Origin: Cylindrospermopsis raciborskii Cr2010
GTDB taxonomy: Bacteria > Cyanobacteriota > Cyanobacteriia > Cyanobacteriales > Nostocaceae
DNA length: 32,000 nucleotides
Direction of reading: 5' to 3'
Assembly (NCBI RefSeq): GCF_003367075.2
Contig: NZ_CP065936.1
Span: 1,650,001-1,682,000 of the forward strand
Positions within the stretch are counted from its first letter, which is position 1, and every line of letters begins with the position of its first letter. The notes below the pieces were generated by a model. It ran no database searches, had not been told where the DNA came from, and saw nothing but the letters and a program-made list of their open reading frames with translations. Below, in pieces: positions 12,797 to 21,451 of the stretch. The translations under genes and the position numbers were made by a program.

Positions 12797-12804
12797 AGAA
12801 TTTT
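12797..12804. repeat. Target-site duplication AGAATTTT (left copy; right copy 13561-13568)
   Basis: Exact 8-bp match immediately outside both IS termini. IS1-family elements typically give 8-9 bp duplications. Confidence 0.92.
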
Positions 12805-13560
12805 GGCGTTGCATAATAGAGGTATGAATTGAGGTAATCTACTGTGCATTGTCCAAACTGCGGGTCTTCCAAAATCAGAAAGAATGGCAAACGTCGAGGT
12901 AAACAAAATCACATTTGTGTTGATTGTGGTCGTCAATTTATCGATGTCTATAGTCCACCTAAAGGCTATTCAGAAGAAGTTAAACAAAGTTGCCTGCGCT
13001 CTTATGTTAACGGTATGGGATTTAGAGCAATTGAACGCGATAAAGGCGTTCATCATACAACTATTATTTACTGGCTAAAACAAATTGGTTCCATACTTCC
13101 AGATGCTCCACCAGTTGAGGAAACACCCTTGGTAGGTGAGCTTGATGAGTTGGAGACCTTTGTGGGATCAAAAAAAAACAAAATATGGTTGTGGACAGCA
13201 GTAAATCACTTCCGTAAAAATATCCTGGCTTGGGTTGTGGGAGACCACAGCTCACAAGCATTTCAACCTTTGTGGGACATCGTTAAACTCTGGCAATGCT
13301 TTTTTTATGTTACTGATGGGTGGAGGGTTTATCCGAGTTTTATTCAGCCAGAGGATCATATTGTGAGCAAAACATATATGACTAGGGTAGAGGGTGAAAA
13401 TACACGTTTACGTCACTACTTAGCGCGACTACATAGAAAAACGCTATGCTATTCAAAATCTGTAGATATGCTTAGGTATTCAATTAAATTATTACTTCAC
13501 TATTTAAAGTATGAAGTAATACCCGCGTTTAGTTGATTCATCCCGCAAATATGCAACGCC
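12805..13560 (+). mobile_element. IS1-family insertion sequence, copy 1 (756 bp)
   Basis: Terminal inverted repeats GGCGTTGCATA / TATGCAACGCC and a flanking 8-bp direct repeat AGAATTTT (12797-12804 and 13561-13568). Encodes a single-ORF transposase. Second copy of the same length at 18859..19614. Confidence 0.95.
12844..13536 (+). CDS. IS1-family transposase (single ORF, 230 aa)
   Basis: N-terminal CPNCGSSKIRKNG...CVDCGRQF zinc finger, then GELDELETFVGSKKNKIWLWTAV, VTDGW and RVEGENTRLRHYLARLHRKTLCYSKS, matching the IS1 DDE domain. GTG start. Confidence 0.95.
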   Translation: MHCPNCGSSKIRKNGKRRGKQNHICVDCGRQFIDVYSPPKGYSEEVKQSCLRSYVNGMGFRAIERDKGVHHTTIIYWLKQIGSILPDAPPVEETPLVGELDELETFVGSKKNKIWLWTAVNHFRKNILAWVVGDHSSQAFQPLWDIVKLWQCFFYVTDGWRVYPSFIQPEDHIVSKTYMTRVEGENTRLRHYLARLHRKTLCYSKSVDMLRYSIKLLLHYLKYEVIPAFS

Positions 13561-14346
13561 AGAATTTTTAGCCAGAATCGCAGCTACTAGAAATAGACTG
13601 TCTACTAGGATTGTACTCAAAACTGCTCCACTAAATGCATACCAATGCTTTTGTTTATTTTTTAATGGTAGTAAACCAGCAATTAATAGTGATAGAGCTA
13701 AAACTATAGCCCAGCCTTGTCCCCAGGGAGTTTGTACTTGTAATAAGGCATTTTTAAATATTTGTGATACTCCTAGAACATCAGTTTGCATAATTTGCCG
13801 CCAATAGGGCATTAGGTCTACTAGGTAGAAATATACATCTGTTAGGACTGTACCAAATAGAGAGCCAAGATAAAACCAGTTACCGATTTTACCCCAATTT
13901 CTGTGTAAACACCAAAGGGCCATGGGTAGACATATGGATTCTATGGGTAAGTGCCACAGTGGTTCCCACCGTAACCAACCCCAGTAAATTGCCCCTGTTA
14001 ACCAGGTAAGACTAAATCCTAAGAGTAAATCACCCCAAATATAAGTTTTTTCATTCGACATTAATTGTAAACTTAACCACACCCACAATCCAGTAATGGC
14101 TAGACTTATAGTCGGTAAAGATCGCACTAAAGGTGCCTCTATAAATACCGGTACGGATATTAAAAACACCGCAGCTCCAAATATTAACCAACTTTGACTG
14201 ATGGCGATCGCTTTCGGTAAGGCGGGTAATAAGAACAGAGGAGAATGGAACTCATCCATACTTATGGCCTTGCTCTCGGAGGTATGTAAATCATTTTTAA
14301 TAGAGGAGTTCACAGTTTTGTAGGATGAGAGTGTGTTATTAATCAA
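13504..14346 (-). CDS. DUF3120-like membrane protein with IS-encoded C-terminal extension
   Basis: Multi-TM protein resembling cyanobacterial DUF3120. The native frame ends ...LVAAILAKNS and continues into IS DNA as GVAYLRDESTKRGYYFIL*. The extreme N-terminus (TTG start) is uncertain. Confidence 0.8.
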   Translation of the reverse strand: MINNTLSSYKTVNSSIKNDLHTSESKAISMDEFHSPLFLLPALPKAIAISQSWLIFGAAVFLISVPVFIEAPLVRSLPTISLAITGLWVWLSLQLMSNEKTYIWGDLLLGFSLTWLTGAIYWGWLRWEPLWHLPIESICLPMALWCLHRNWGKIGNWFYLGSLFGTVLTDVYFYLVDLMPYWRQIMQTDVLGVSQIFKNALLQVQTPWGQGWAIVLALSLLIAGLLPLKNKQKHWYAFSGAVLSTILVDSLFLVAAILAKNSGVAYLRDESTKRGYYFIL

Positions 14347-14377
14347 AGTTTTTAATATTTGTTACTAAACTTTATCT

Positions 14378-14419
14378 TTTTACAGTATCACACTGTAAAA
14401 TCCCCCCCAGGGGTATTTT
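14378..14419. promoter_or_regulatory. Two abutting palindromes in a divergent intergenic region
   Basis: TTTTACAGT-ATCAC-ACTGTAAAA (14378-14400) is a perfect 9-bp inverted repeat. It overlaps AAAATCCCCC-CCA-GGGGTATTTT (14397-14419), a near-perfect one. They sit between the divergent DUF3120 and uppP genes. Confidence 0.5.
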
Positions 14420-14515
14420 GATCATAAAGCACAAGGCGCAAAAAATGAACTGTTAGGTTGGACAACTTGAGAATAACTTGCTAGGATATGTCATCGTATC
14501 AAGCGAGTCTAATTC

Positions 14516-15421
14516 ATGATCACAATCTTAGGAACAGCTAATGAGTTACTATTATCACCAATGCTTGCTGTGGCTGAGAACGGCAATCAAGCTAATCTAG
14601 AGTGGTTACAAGCGTTTATTTTAGGTATAGTCCAAGGTATTACCGAATTTTTACCGATTAGTAGTACAGCTCACTTATTAATTTTTACTAAAGTATTTGG
14701 TTGGAAAGAGTTAGGGGCTAAAGACTTTGTTGATGCGATTCAATTTGGCAGTGTGGTGGCAATCTTATTGTATTTTCGGTCATTGATTGCCAGTATTATT
14801 CAAGGAGCAGTGGAAGGGTTTAAGGATAAGGACTGGCAAAGGGAAGAGTGGAAAATTGTAATAGGTATTGCTGTTGGAACCATACCAGCACTAGTTCTTG
14901 GTTTTTTGTTAAAGGACATTTTGCCCGAAAGCGCCCTAATTATTGGTACAATGTCAGTAGTCATGGCTATTTTATTGGGATTGGCTGAAAAAATTGGCGA
15001 TCGCAAGCGGGGATTTGATCATTTGCAAATTCGAGATGGTATTTTAGTAGGGATAGGACAATCCCTAGCCTTAATTCCTGGGGTTTCTCGTTCTGGTTCC
15101 ACATTGACCACAGCCTTGTTTTTAGGACTAGAAAGAGACACAGCAGCAAAATTTTCATTTTTATTAGGTTTTCCCACCTTGACCATAGCCACCTTATACA
15201 AGAGCTTAAAAATATTTCATCTCTTTCAAGAGGGGCAATTACCAGAGAATATAGTTTTGTTATTGGTTATAGGAATTATCTCGACCTTTATTTTTTCGTA
15301 CCTGTCAATTGCATTTTTAATTCGTTATTTACAAACTAAAGACACTTTTATCTTTGTTTGGTATAGACTAGCTTTTGGCGGAGCAATTTTATTGGCACTT
15401 GCTAATGGTTGGCAGGGGTGA
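14516..15421 (+). CDS. uppP: Undecaprenyl-diphosphatase
   Basis: GIVQGITEFLPISSTAHL and GVSRSGSTLTTALFLGL motifs of the UppP/BacA family. Confidence 0.96.
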   Translation: MITILGTANELLLSPMLAVAENGNQANLEWLQAFILGIVQGITEFLPISSTAHLLIFTKVFGWKELGAKDFVDAIQFGSVVAILLYFRSLIASIIQGAVEGFKDKDWQREEWKIVIGIAVGTIPALVLGFLLKDILPESALIIGTMSVVMAILLGLAEKIGDRKRGFDHLQIRDGILVGIGQSLALIPGVSRSGSTLTTALFLGLERDTAAKFSFLLGFPTLTIATLYKSLKIFHLFQEGQLPENIVLLLVIGIISTFIFSYLSIAFLIRYLQTKDTFIFVWYRLAFGGAILLALANGWQG

Positions 15422-15464
15422 TGAAAACTGAGATTAGTCTAAAATAAAGCTGTTAAAAATTATC

Positions 15465-16829
15465 ATGTCTGAGATTAAACCGGCAAAAATTACCAGTGTT
15501 ATACCCGAATCCATTGCTGCTGAGGTTGGATTTGAAGCAGGTGATGCCATTGTGAGCATTAACGGAATCAAACCCCGCGACTTAATAGATTATCAGTTTT
15601 TGTGTGCAGATGAAATTTTAGAAATAGAAGTATTAGATAAACATGGTAAAATTCATCAAGTTGAAATTGAGAAAGACTACGACCAAGACCTAGGAATAGA
15701 ATTTGGCACAGCTTTATTTGATAACTTAATTCAATGTAATAATCGCTGTCCCTTTTGTTTTATTGACCAGCAACCACCTGGTAAACGCTCCAGCTTATAT
15801 TTAAAGGATGATGATTATCGTTTAAGTTTCTTGTATGGTTCCTATTTAACCCTGACCAATTTACCTACAAGAGAATGGCAAAGAATTGAGCAAATGAGAC
15901 TATCACCCTTATATATTTCAGTTCATGCAACAGAACCAGAAATAAGAATTAGACTTTTAAAAAATAGTCGAGCTGGAGAGATTTTAGAGCAAATTAAATG
16001 GTTTCAAGCAAGACGCTTACAAATTCATGCTCAAGTGGTAGTTTGTCCTGGAATTAATGATGGTTCACACCTGGAAAGAACACTAAGAGATTTAGCATCC
16101 TTTTATATGGGGGAAGTACCCACAGTAGCATCAGTAGCAGTAGTTCCTGTGGGTTTAACCAGATTTCGTCCCTCACAGGATGAGTTGATTCCCGTAACCA
16201 GGGAAAAAGCCAGGGAAGTAATAGGTCAGGTAGAAATGCTTGGTCAAGAATTTAAGCAGAAATATGATTCTCGGGTAGTCTGGTTAGCGGATGAATGGTT
16301 TTTAATTGGTGGTGAGGAACTACCAGCACAGGAGGAGTATGAAGAATATCCACAAATAGATAATGGAGTAGGTTCCATAAGATTATTTATGAAGGAATTT
16401 AATCAAGTAGCGAATAAATTACTACCGGCAAAAATTTCTCCTGAGAAAACATTAACTTGGGTAGTGGGAAATGCGGTAGAGAAAGCATTTACACCCCTGG
16501 TTGACAGGTTAAATAAAGTTGAAGGTTTAAGGGTAAATATGGTTGCACTATATAGTGACTATTGGGGACAAAATATCACCGTTACCGGGTTATTAACTGG
16601 ACATGATTTACTCTACCACCTGAAAGGGAAGGATTTAGGTGATGGTTTATTATTGCCCAGCATCATGCTCAAACATGGTGAATTAGTATTTTTGGATGAT
16701 ATGACTGTAGCACAGGTATCTAAGGAATTGGATGTTAGGATATTACCAGTTGCAGGAGTGGAGGATTTAATCAGAGATTTGGGGGAAGTTGGGGGGAATA
16801 TGGATCATACTATCGCCAACTCCAGCTGA
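15465..16829 (+). CDS. TIGR03279-type cyanobacterial radical SAM protein (PDZ + DUF512)
   Basis: N-terminal PDZ-like region, CNNRCPFCFIDQQPPGKRSSLYLKDDDYRLSFLYGSYLTLTN, and a C-terminal DUF512-like region. Confidence 0.92.
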   Translation: MSEIKPAKITSVIPESIAAEVGFEAGDAIVSINGIKPRDLIDYQFLCADEILEIEVLDKHGKIHQVEIEKDYDQDLGIEFGTALFDNLIQCNNRCPFCFIDQQPPGKRSSLYLKDDDYRLSFLYGSYLTLTNLPTREWQRIEQMRLSPLYISVHATEPEIRIRLLKNSRAGEILEQIKWFQARRLQIHAQVVVCPGINDGSHLERTLRDLASFYMGEVPTVASVAVVPVGLTRFRPSQDELIPVTREKAREVIGQVEMLGQEFKQKYDSRVVWLADEWFLIGGEELPAQEEYEEYPQIDNGVGSIRLFMKEFNQVANKLLPAKISPEKTLTWVVGNAVEKAFTPLVDRLNKVEGLRVNMVALYSDYWGQNITVTGLLTGHDLLYHLKGKDLGDGLLLPSIMLKHGELVFLDDMTVAQVSKELDVRILPVAGVEDLIRDLGEVGGNMDHTIANSS

Positions 16830-18322
16830 CCATTAGGATTAGATCTCACCACCTGACCCAATGCTAAATATATTTCTAAAACATCTATTTCCCGAGCGAC
16901 AGCTTTCAGGGAGACTCTGCGCAAAATATCTATTGTTATTGGTCGTTTTTCATCCCAAAATATCATTGAATTAAGAAACTCAATAGATGGATCAGAAGTA
17001 ATAAGACTGAAAATAAATTCTGCTTCCCTCTGGGTATCAAAAGACAAAAAATTGACAGTGTCATCTAACATTACCGGTTGATTACCAATAGGTTCAACAA
17101 GACAAAAATTTAGTTTTTTGTAAAGTCCAGATATGGCAATTTTCCAATTTTTAAAGGAATATTCCCCTATACCAAATATAGAATAGGGAGGTTTATTTTT
17201 ATAGATTGAACTCTTTCTAGTTTTTAAAAACTGGTCATGTTCAAGCAGGTACTGCCAAATTTTAGGTGCTTTATCGCGGATAATTATTGTATCTTCACCT
17301 ACTGATTTCTGAGTAACTAAGACAAACTTGTGGTGAGAATCAATTCTACTGTTAGCAATATCAGAACCTTTCAAAAGGGGATACAAATATTCCCTCTCAA
17401 GAAAATATTTATCGCCCATTCCATTGATAAATAACCCATCGTCAACACATTGAAACTCCATTATTTTAGAGCAATCGTGTTTGATCCCAGAACGCCAAGT
17501 ATATCTTAAATCTTGTCCAGATAAATGTTTCCATTTTTCATACTTGGTAGTGTCCCTAACCATTCTCCCATCTCTGTTTCCAATTGAATATATAGTCTGG
17601 TCTGATTGTAGATCTTGATAAATCTTAAAATCACAATTAGTATTGCCACTGTTAGACAAAACGAAAAAGCAAGCATCTACGGATGCTCCAAACAATGTTT
17701 TAGCATCAATCAGATAAATATCAGCAGAAAATCTATTACCGAATTTTGTTATTACCTGATTAATAATTTTCCGAGCGACTGAATACTTACATAAAACTGC
17801 TAAAGTTCCCTCTTTTTTAGTCAGCCATTGGACATGTTTGAGAAGCATCCATTCTGAAATATCAAAATTACTGGAACCGGTGATGGCGTGAATACCTTGA
17901 CGATTTTGAAAGTTTGACTTTGAAGGTAAATTCTTGCTGTTGAGAATAGTTAGCTCACTAGTGGTTACCCAGGGAGGATTGCCAATTACCAAAATAGACC
18001 CCACAAAATCAGCCAAAAAAGCATCCCAATTCATGCTAAAGAAGTCCTGTACACAAAGAGTTACATTCTCTGAATTGGGGTATCTTAATGAGGAGGTTTT
18101 TGCATATTGAATGTGTTCTTCATTAATGTCGAAACCCACAATTTTGGTGTGTTTAAATTCAGTCAAGGAAGCTCTAATAAAGGCTCCTTTTCCGCAAGTA
18201 GGTTCTATAATTAGATCTGGACGAACACCATACTTATCCTTAAGAAGATGGGTTGCACATTTTGCTAGATTGTCAGGTGTTTGAAAATCTCCAAATTCCG
18301 ATTTCTGTGATGACTTAGCCAT
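16805..18322 (-). CDS. N6-adenine-type DNA methyltransferase of a Type II restriction-modification system
   Basis: GDFQTP (motif X region), EPTCGKGAFI (motif I), VIGNPPW (motif IV). Lies 7 bp downstream of the restriction endonuclease frame and is codirectional with it. Confidence 0.88.
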   Translation of the reverse strand: MAKSSQKSEFGDFQTPDNLAKCATHLLKDKYGVRPDLIIEPTCGKGAFIRASLTEFKHTKIVGFDINEEHIQYAKTSSLRYPNSENVTLCVQDFFSMNWDAFLADFVGSILVIGNPPWVTTSELTILNSKNLPSKSNFQNRQGIHAITGSSNFDISEWMLLKHVQWLTKKEGTLAVLCKYSVARKIINQVITKFGNRFSADIYLIDAKTLFGASVDACFFVLSNSGNTNCDFKIYQDLQSDQTIYSIGNRDGRMVRDTTKYEKWKHLSGQDLRYTWRSGIKHDCSKIMEFQCVDDGLFINGMGDKYFLEREYLYPLLKGSDIANSRIDSHHKFVLVTQKSVGEDTIIIRDKAPKIWQYLLEHDQFLKTRKSSIYKNKPPYSIFGIGEYSFKNWKIAISGLYKKLNFCLVEPIGNQPVMLDDTVNFLSFDTQREAEFIFSLITSDPSIEFLNSMIFWDEKRPITIDILRRVSLKAVAREIDVLEIYLALGQVVRSNPNGQLELAIV

Positions 18323-18850
18323 TTTTTAACTATCCAACTCTAATGATACCTGATATATTTCCTGCTTCTTGAATAACACGGTTATATTGCAATCTCCATT
18401 GAAGAGCATTAGAGACTGTCAGGTAGCCCTGATTTGGACTTGATTCCAAAATTCTCTCGGCTAACTGACTTACTACTATGTCATCAACCGGTAAGTTTCT
18501 AGACATCAAAAATGCAATGATATCATCCTTTTTACCATTGTGACTTATTATATCTAATAGTCCTGCAGTTGTTTGGAAATCCGCTGTCCTACTCTTGTCC
18601 AAAAAAATGGTATGCTGTATTTCTAATCTTCCGGTTCTAGTTTGATGATTGTCATATTTAGCATAGACAAAAACAAGAAGATTATATCCCAGCCCAAATA
18701 TCTTTTGGGTAGCAGACTTAAAAGGAAAAGAAGATTGAGGTTGCTTTATACTAGTTGTTTTTATATCAACTTCAAGATCGGGAATATCAATACCCGCAGC
18801 TGAATTACCCCTTTGATAGCTGTAGTTTTCGGATAAATAATCCATGAATT

Positions 18851-18858
18851 TATGTTCC
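18851..18858. repeat. Target-site duplication TATGTTCC (left copy; right copy 19615-19622)
   Basis: Exact 8-bp direct repeat immediately outside the IS termini. Confidence 0.92.
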
Positions 18859-19614
18859 GGCGTTGCATATTTGCGGGATGAATCAACTAAACGCGGGTAT
18901 TACTTCATACTTTAAATAGTGAAGTAATAATTTAATTGAATACCTAAGCATATCTACAGATTTTGAATAGCATAGCGTTTTTCTATGTAGTCGCGCTAAG
19001 TAGTGACGTAAACGTGTATTTTCACCCTCTACCCTAGTCATATATGTTTTGCTCACAATATGATCCTCTGGCTGAATAAAACTCGGATAAACCCTCCACC
19101 CATCAGTAACATAAAAAAAGCATTGCCAGAGTTTAACGATGTCCCACAAAGGTTGAAATGCTTGTGAGCTGTGGTCTCCCACAACCCAAGCCAGGATATT
19201 TTTACGGAAGTGATTTACTGCTGTCCACAACCATATTTTGTTTTTTTTTGATCCCACAAAGGTCTCCAACTCATCAAGCTCACCTACCAAGGGTGTTTCC
19301 TCAACTGGTGGAGCATCTGGAAGTATGGAACCAATTTGTTTTAGCCAGTAAATAATAGTTGTATGATGAACGCCTTTATCGCGTTCAATTGCTCTAAATC
19401 CCATACCGTTAACATAAGAGCGCAGGCAACTTTGTTTAACTTCTTCTGAATAGCCTTTAGGTGGACTATAGACATCGATAAATTGACGACCACAATCAAC
19501 ACAAATGTGATTTTGTTTACCTCGACGTTTGCCATTCTTTCTGATTTTGGAAGACCCGCAGTTTGGACAATGCACAGTAGATTACCTCAATTCATACCTC
19601 TATTATGCAACGCC
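18859..19614 (-). mobile_element. IS1-family insertion sequence, copy 2 (756 bp)
   Basis: Same termini as copy 1 in opposite orientation. Flanked by the 8-bp direct repeat TATGTTCC (18851-18858 and 19615-19622). Confidence 0.95.
18883..19575 (-). CDS. IS1-family transposase (protein identical to the copy at 12844..13536)
   Basis: The 230-aa translations are identical in the ORF track, and the nested antisense ORFs are identical too. Confidence 0.95.
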   Translation of the reverse strand: MHCPNCGSSKIRKNGKRRGKQNHICVDCGRQFIDVYSPPKGYSEEVKQSCLRSYVNGMGFRAIERDKGVHHTTIIYWLKQIGSILPDAPPVEETPLVGELDELETFVGSKKNKIWLWTAVNHFRKNILAWVVGDHSSQAFQPLWDIVKLWQCFFYVTDGWRVYPSFIQPEDHIVSKTYMTRVEGENTRLRHYLARLHRKTLCYSKSVDMLRYSIKLLLHYLKYEVIPAFS

Positions 19615-19754
19615 TATGTTCCCAGTATGTCCCAACACGCTTTCCATCAGTTACTCCGTAAAGTGCGGGTTCATTATGTGTAGACTCTATTTGGGTAAAG
19701 TCTGCTGCTGCAAGAAGCAATTGTTGAATGGTTAATTGTGCTTTCATCATTGTT

Positions 19755-19780
19755 AAAAATAATCCCTGGTAACCCAGGGA
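19755..19780 (-). terminator. Putative rho-independent terminator downstream of the ArsA-like gene
   Basis: Perfect 7-bp stem TCCCTGG-TAAC-CCAGGGA (19763-19780), followed on the minus strand by a T-rich run (TTATTTTTAAC), between arsA-like stop 19802 and the endonuclease start. Confidence 0.5.
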
Positions 19781-19801
19781 GTAATAATTACTGCATACTA
19801 A

Positions 19802-20989
19802 CTAAACTCTCACATTGTTAGCAAAGCGAATTTTTAGGTAGTCACCCTCCATTTTTGCTCCCGCAGGTTGAAGAGCAGCTAAAGCTTGGGGTAAAACTAA
19901 ATTACGTCGGTGATTACCAATAGTAATATTTAATTCATCTCCACTTTTACTTAATTGGATCTGACTTTTAGGAATAGTCGGTAAATAAAGCTCCAAGCTG
20001 TATTGGTTGTTTTCTTGCACCACTCTAATGGTCGTCTCTCGATAATAAACCTGGGTGGGATCTTCACCCGGATACAAAGTATCCTTCAATCTCTCTAATG
20101 CAGCTAGACCACACATCTCCTCGGAAAATAAGGGGACTTCCTTCACTGGTAACGGGAGAAAGTTGTCATGAATTTCTCGTCGATATTGTTCTTGATTTTG
20201 TTTCCATCTTAGGAAAAATGGATCCGCAACCTCCTCCGGAATAATTCTATTGGCCACGACTAAATCTGTAGCTACATTATATAAACTCAAGTAAGCATGA
20301 GCTCGTAATGATTCTTTAATTACCATTTTTTCTGGATTAGTCACTAGTCTAACCGAGGTTTGAGTGTTATCAGTTAAAACTTTTTCTAAGGCTTCTATTT
20401 GCTCATAAAACTCATATGGTGCATCCATTACCTCCTTATCTGGTAAAGAAAATCCCGCTATGGGTTTAAAAATAGGCTCTACTAATGGTCTCAGGGCTAC
20501 TGATATGTTTTGAAAAGGTTTATAAAACCGCCTCATATACCAACCACCAACTTCTGGTAAACTTAATAGTCTTAAAGCTGTACCAGTAGGAGCAGAGTCT
20601 ATAATTAAAACATCAAATACCCCTTCATCGTAGTGACGTTTCATTCTCACCAAACCGAAAATTTCATCCATCCCCGGTAAGATTGCCAGCTCTTCTGCTT
20701 GGATCCCTTCTAAACCCCTAGCTTGTAACACCTGGGTAATATAACGTTTCACTGCTCCCCAATTACCCTCTAGTTCTTGCAAAGCATCCAGTTCCGCACC
20801 CCATAAGTTGGGACGCACTTGTTTTGCATCGTGACCTAACTCTAAATCAAAACTGTCTGCTAAGGAATGAGCTGGATCTGTACTTAAAACTAATGTTTTA
20901 TAACCTAGCTCTGCACAACGCAATCCAGTTGCAGCGGCGACGGAAGTTTTACCTACTCCACCTTTACCAGTCATTAAAATTACGCGCAT
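19802..20989 (-). CDS. ArsA/Get3 (TRC40) family ATPase
   Basis: P-loop [31 protein letters not shown] and [20 protein letters not shown]. Confidence 0.92.
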   Translation of the reverse strand: MRVILMTGKGGVGKTSVAAATGLRCAELGYKTLVLSTDPAHSLADSFDLELGHDAKQVRPNLWGAELDALQELEGNWGAVKRYITQVLQARGLEGIQAEELAILPGMDEIFGLVRMKRHYDEGVFDVLIIDSAPTGTALRLLSLPEVGGWYMRRFYKPFQNISVALRPLVEPIFKPIAGFSLPDKEVMDAPYEFYEQIEALEKVLTDNTQTSVRLVTNPEKMVIKESLRAHAYLSLYNVATDLVVANRIIPEEVADPFFLRWKQNQEQYRREIHDNFLPLPVKEVPLFSEEMCGLAALERLKDTLYPGEDPTQVYYRETTIRVVQENNQYSLELYLPTIPKSQIQLSKSGDELNITIGNHRRNLVLPQALAALQPAGAKMEGDYLKIRFANNVRV

Positions 20990-21032
20990 GAATGATTCTG
21001 TCCTACCTGAATTTTGTTGACATTTATTTACA

Positions 21033-21425
21033 TTATCCTTTCTTTACGGAAAATAGGTGTTGTTTTAGTACATCTAAACGTGAACAGTGCCAATAATCTA
21101 TATGGGAACTAATCAATCCTTGATTATTAAGACCTAATTGGGTCCATCCAGAGATGGAAATTCTCGGTTTCCAGGGTAGGGATGCATTCCAGCTTAATGT
21201 CCATTCGGTCTTAATCATATTTTTGTCTTGTTCGATGTGGTGCAAATCCATCCGTAAGTTAGTGAAAAATATGTGAATAAATTTAATCATCCACTTGTAA
21301 AGTTCTAAACCACGAAATTTAAAAACTGGATCTTGAAAGTAAACATCTAGTGCATAAATGCTGTAAGTCTGCTCAAGGGGAAATCTTTGGTAATCTGCTT
21401 TTAGGGTTTCGATAATATTCGTCAT
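21033..21425 (-). CDS. DUF2358-like protein (NTF2-like fold)
   Basis: [23 protein letters not shown] and [40 protein letters not shown], typical of the family. Confidence 0.75.
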   Translation of the reverse strand: MTNIIETLKADYQRFPLEQTYSIYALDVYFQDPVFKFRGLELYKWMIKFIHIFFTNLRMDLHHIEQDKNMIKTEWTLSWNASLPWKPRISISGWTQLGLNNQGLISSHIDYWHCSRLDVLKQHLFSVKKG

Positions 21426-21451
21426 ACAAATAAAAGTAATAGGTGACCTAA

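Larger units (their letters stand above)
18330..19750 (-). pseudogene. Type II restriction endonuclease-like gene interrupted by IS1-family copy 2
   Basis: Remnants: N-terminal part 19750..19615 (MMKAQLTIQQLLLAAADFTQIESTHNEPALYGVTDGKRVGTYWEH...) and C-terminal part 18850..18330 (...MDYLSENYSYQRGNSAAGIDIPDLEVDIKTTSIKQPQSSFPFKS...). Excising 756 bp plus one 8-bp duplication joins them in frame as 218 aa. It contains a PD-(D/E)XK-like GIDIPDLEVDIK motif and neighbours a methyltransferase. Confidence 0.85.

Noticed and set aside
12690-12890. 66-aa minus-strand ORF across the left IS boundary, and its counterpart at 19529..19735 on +
   Set aside because: Both are partly antisense to the transposase start and run over the IS terminus. 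Their shared MPFFLILEDPQFGQCTVDYLNSYLYYATP comes from IS DNA, not a conserved protein.
19158-19355. 65-aa (and 64-aa) ORFs antisense to the transposase, present at both IS copies
   Set aside because: Their conservation is explained entirely by the identity of the two IS copies, with no independent coding evidence.
12805-19614. Composite transposon bounded by the two IS copies
   Set aside because: Each copy has its own matching 8-bp duplication and interrupts or abuts a separate host frame. This supports two independent insertions rather than mobilisation of a 6.8-kb unit.
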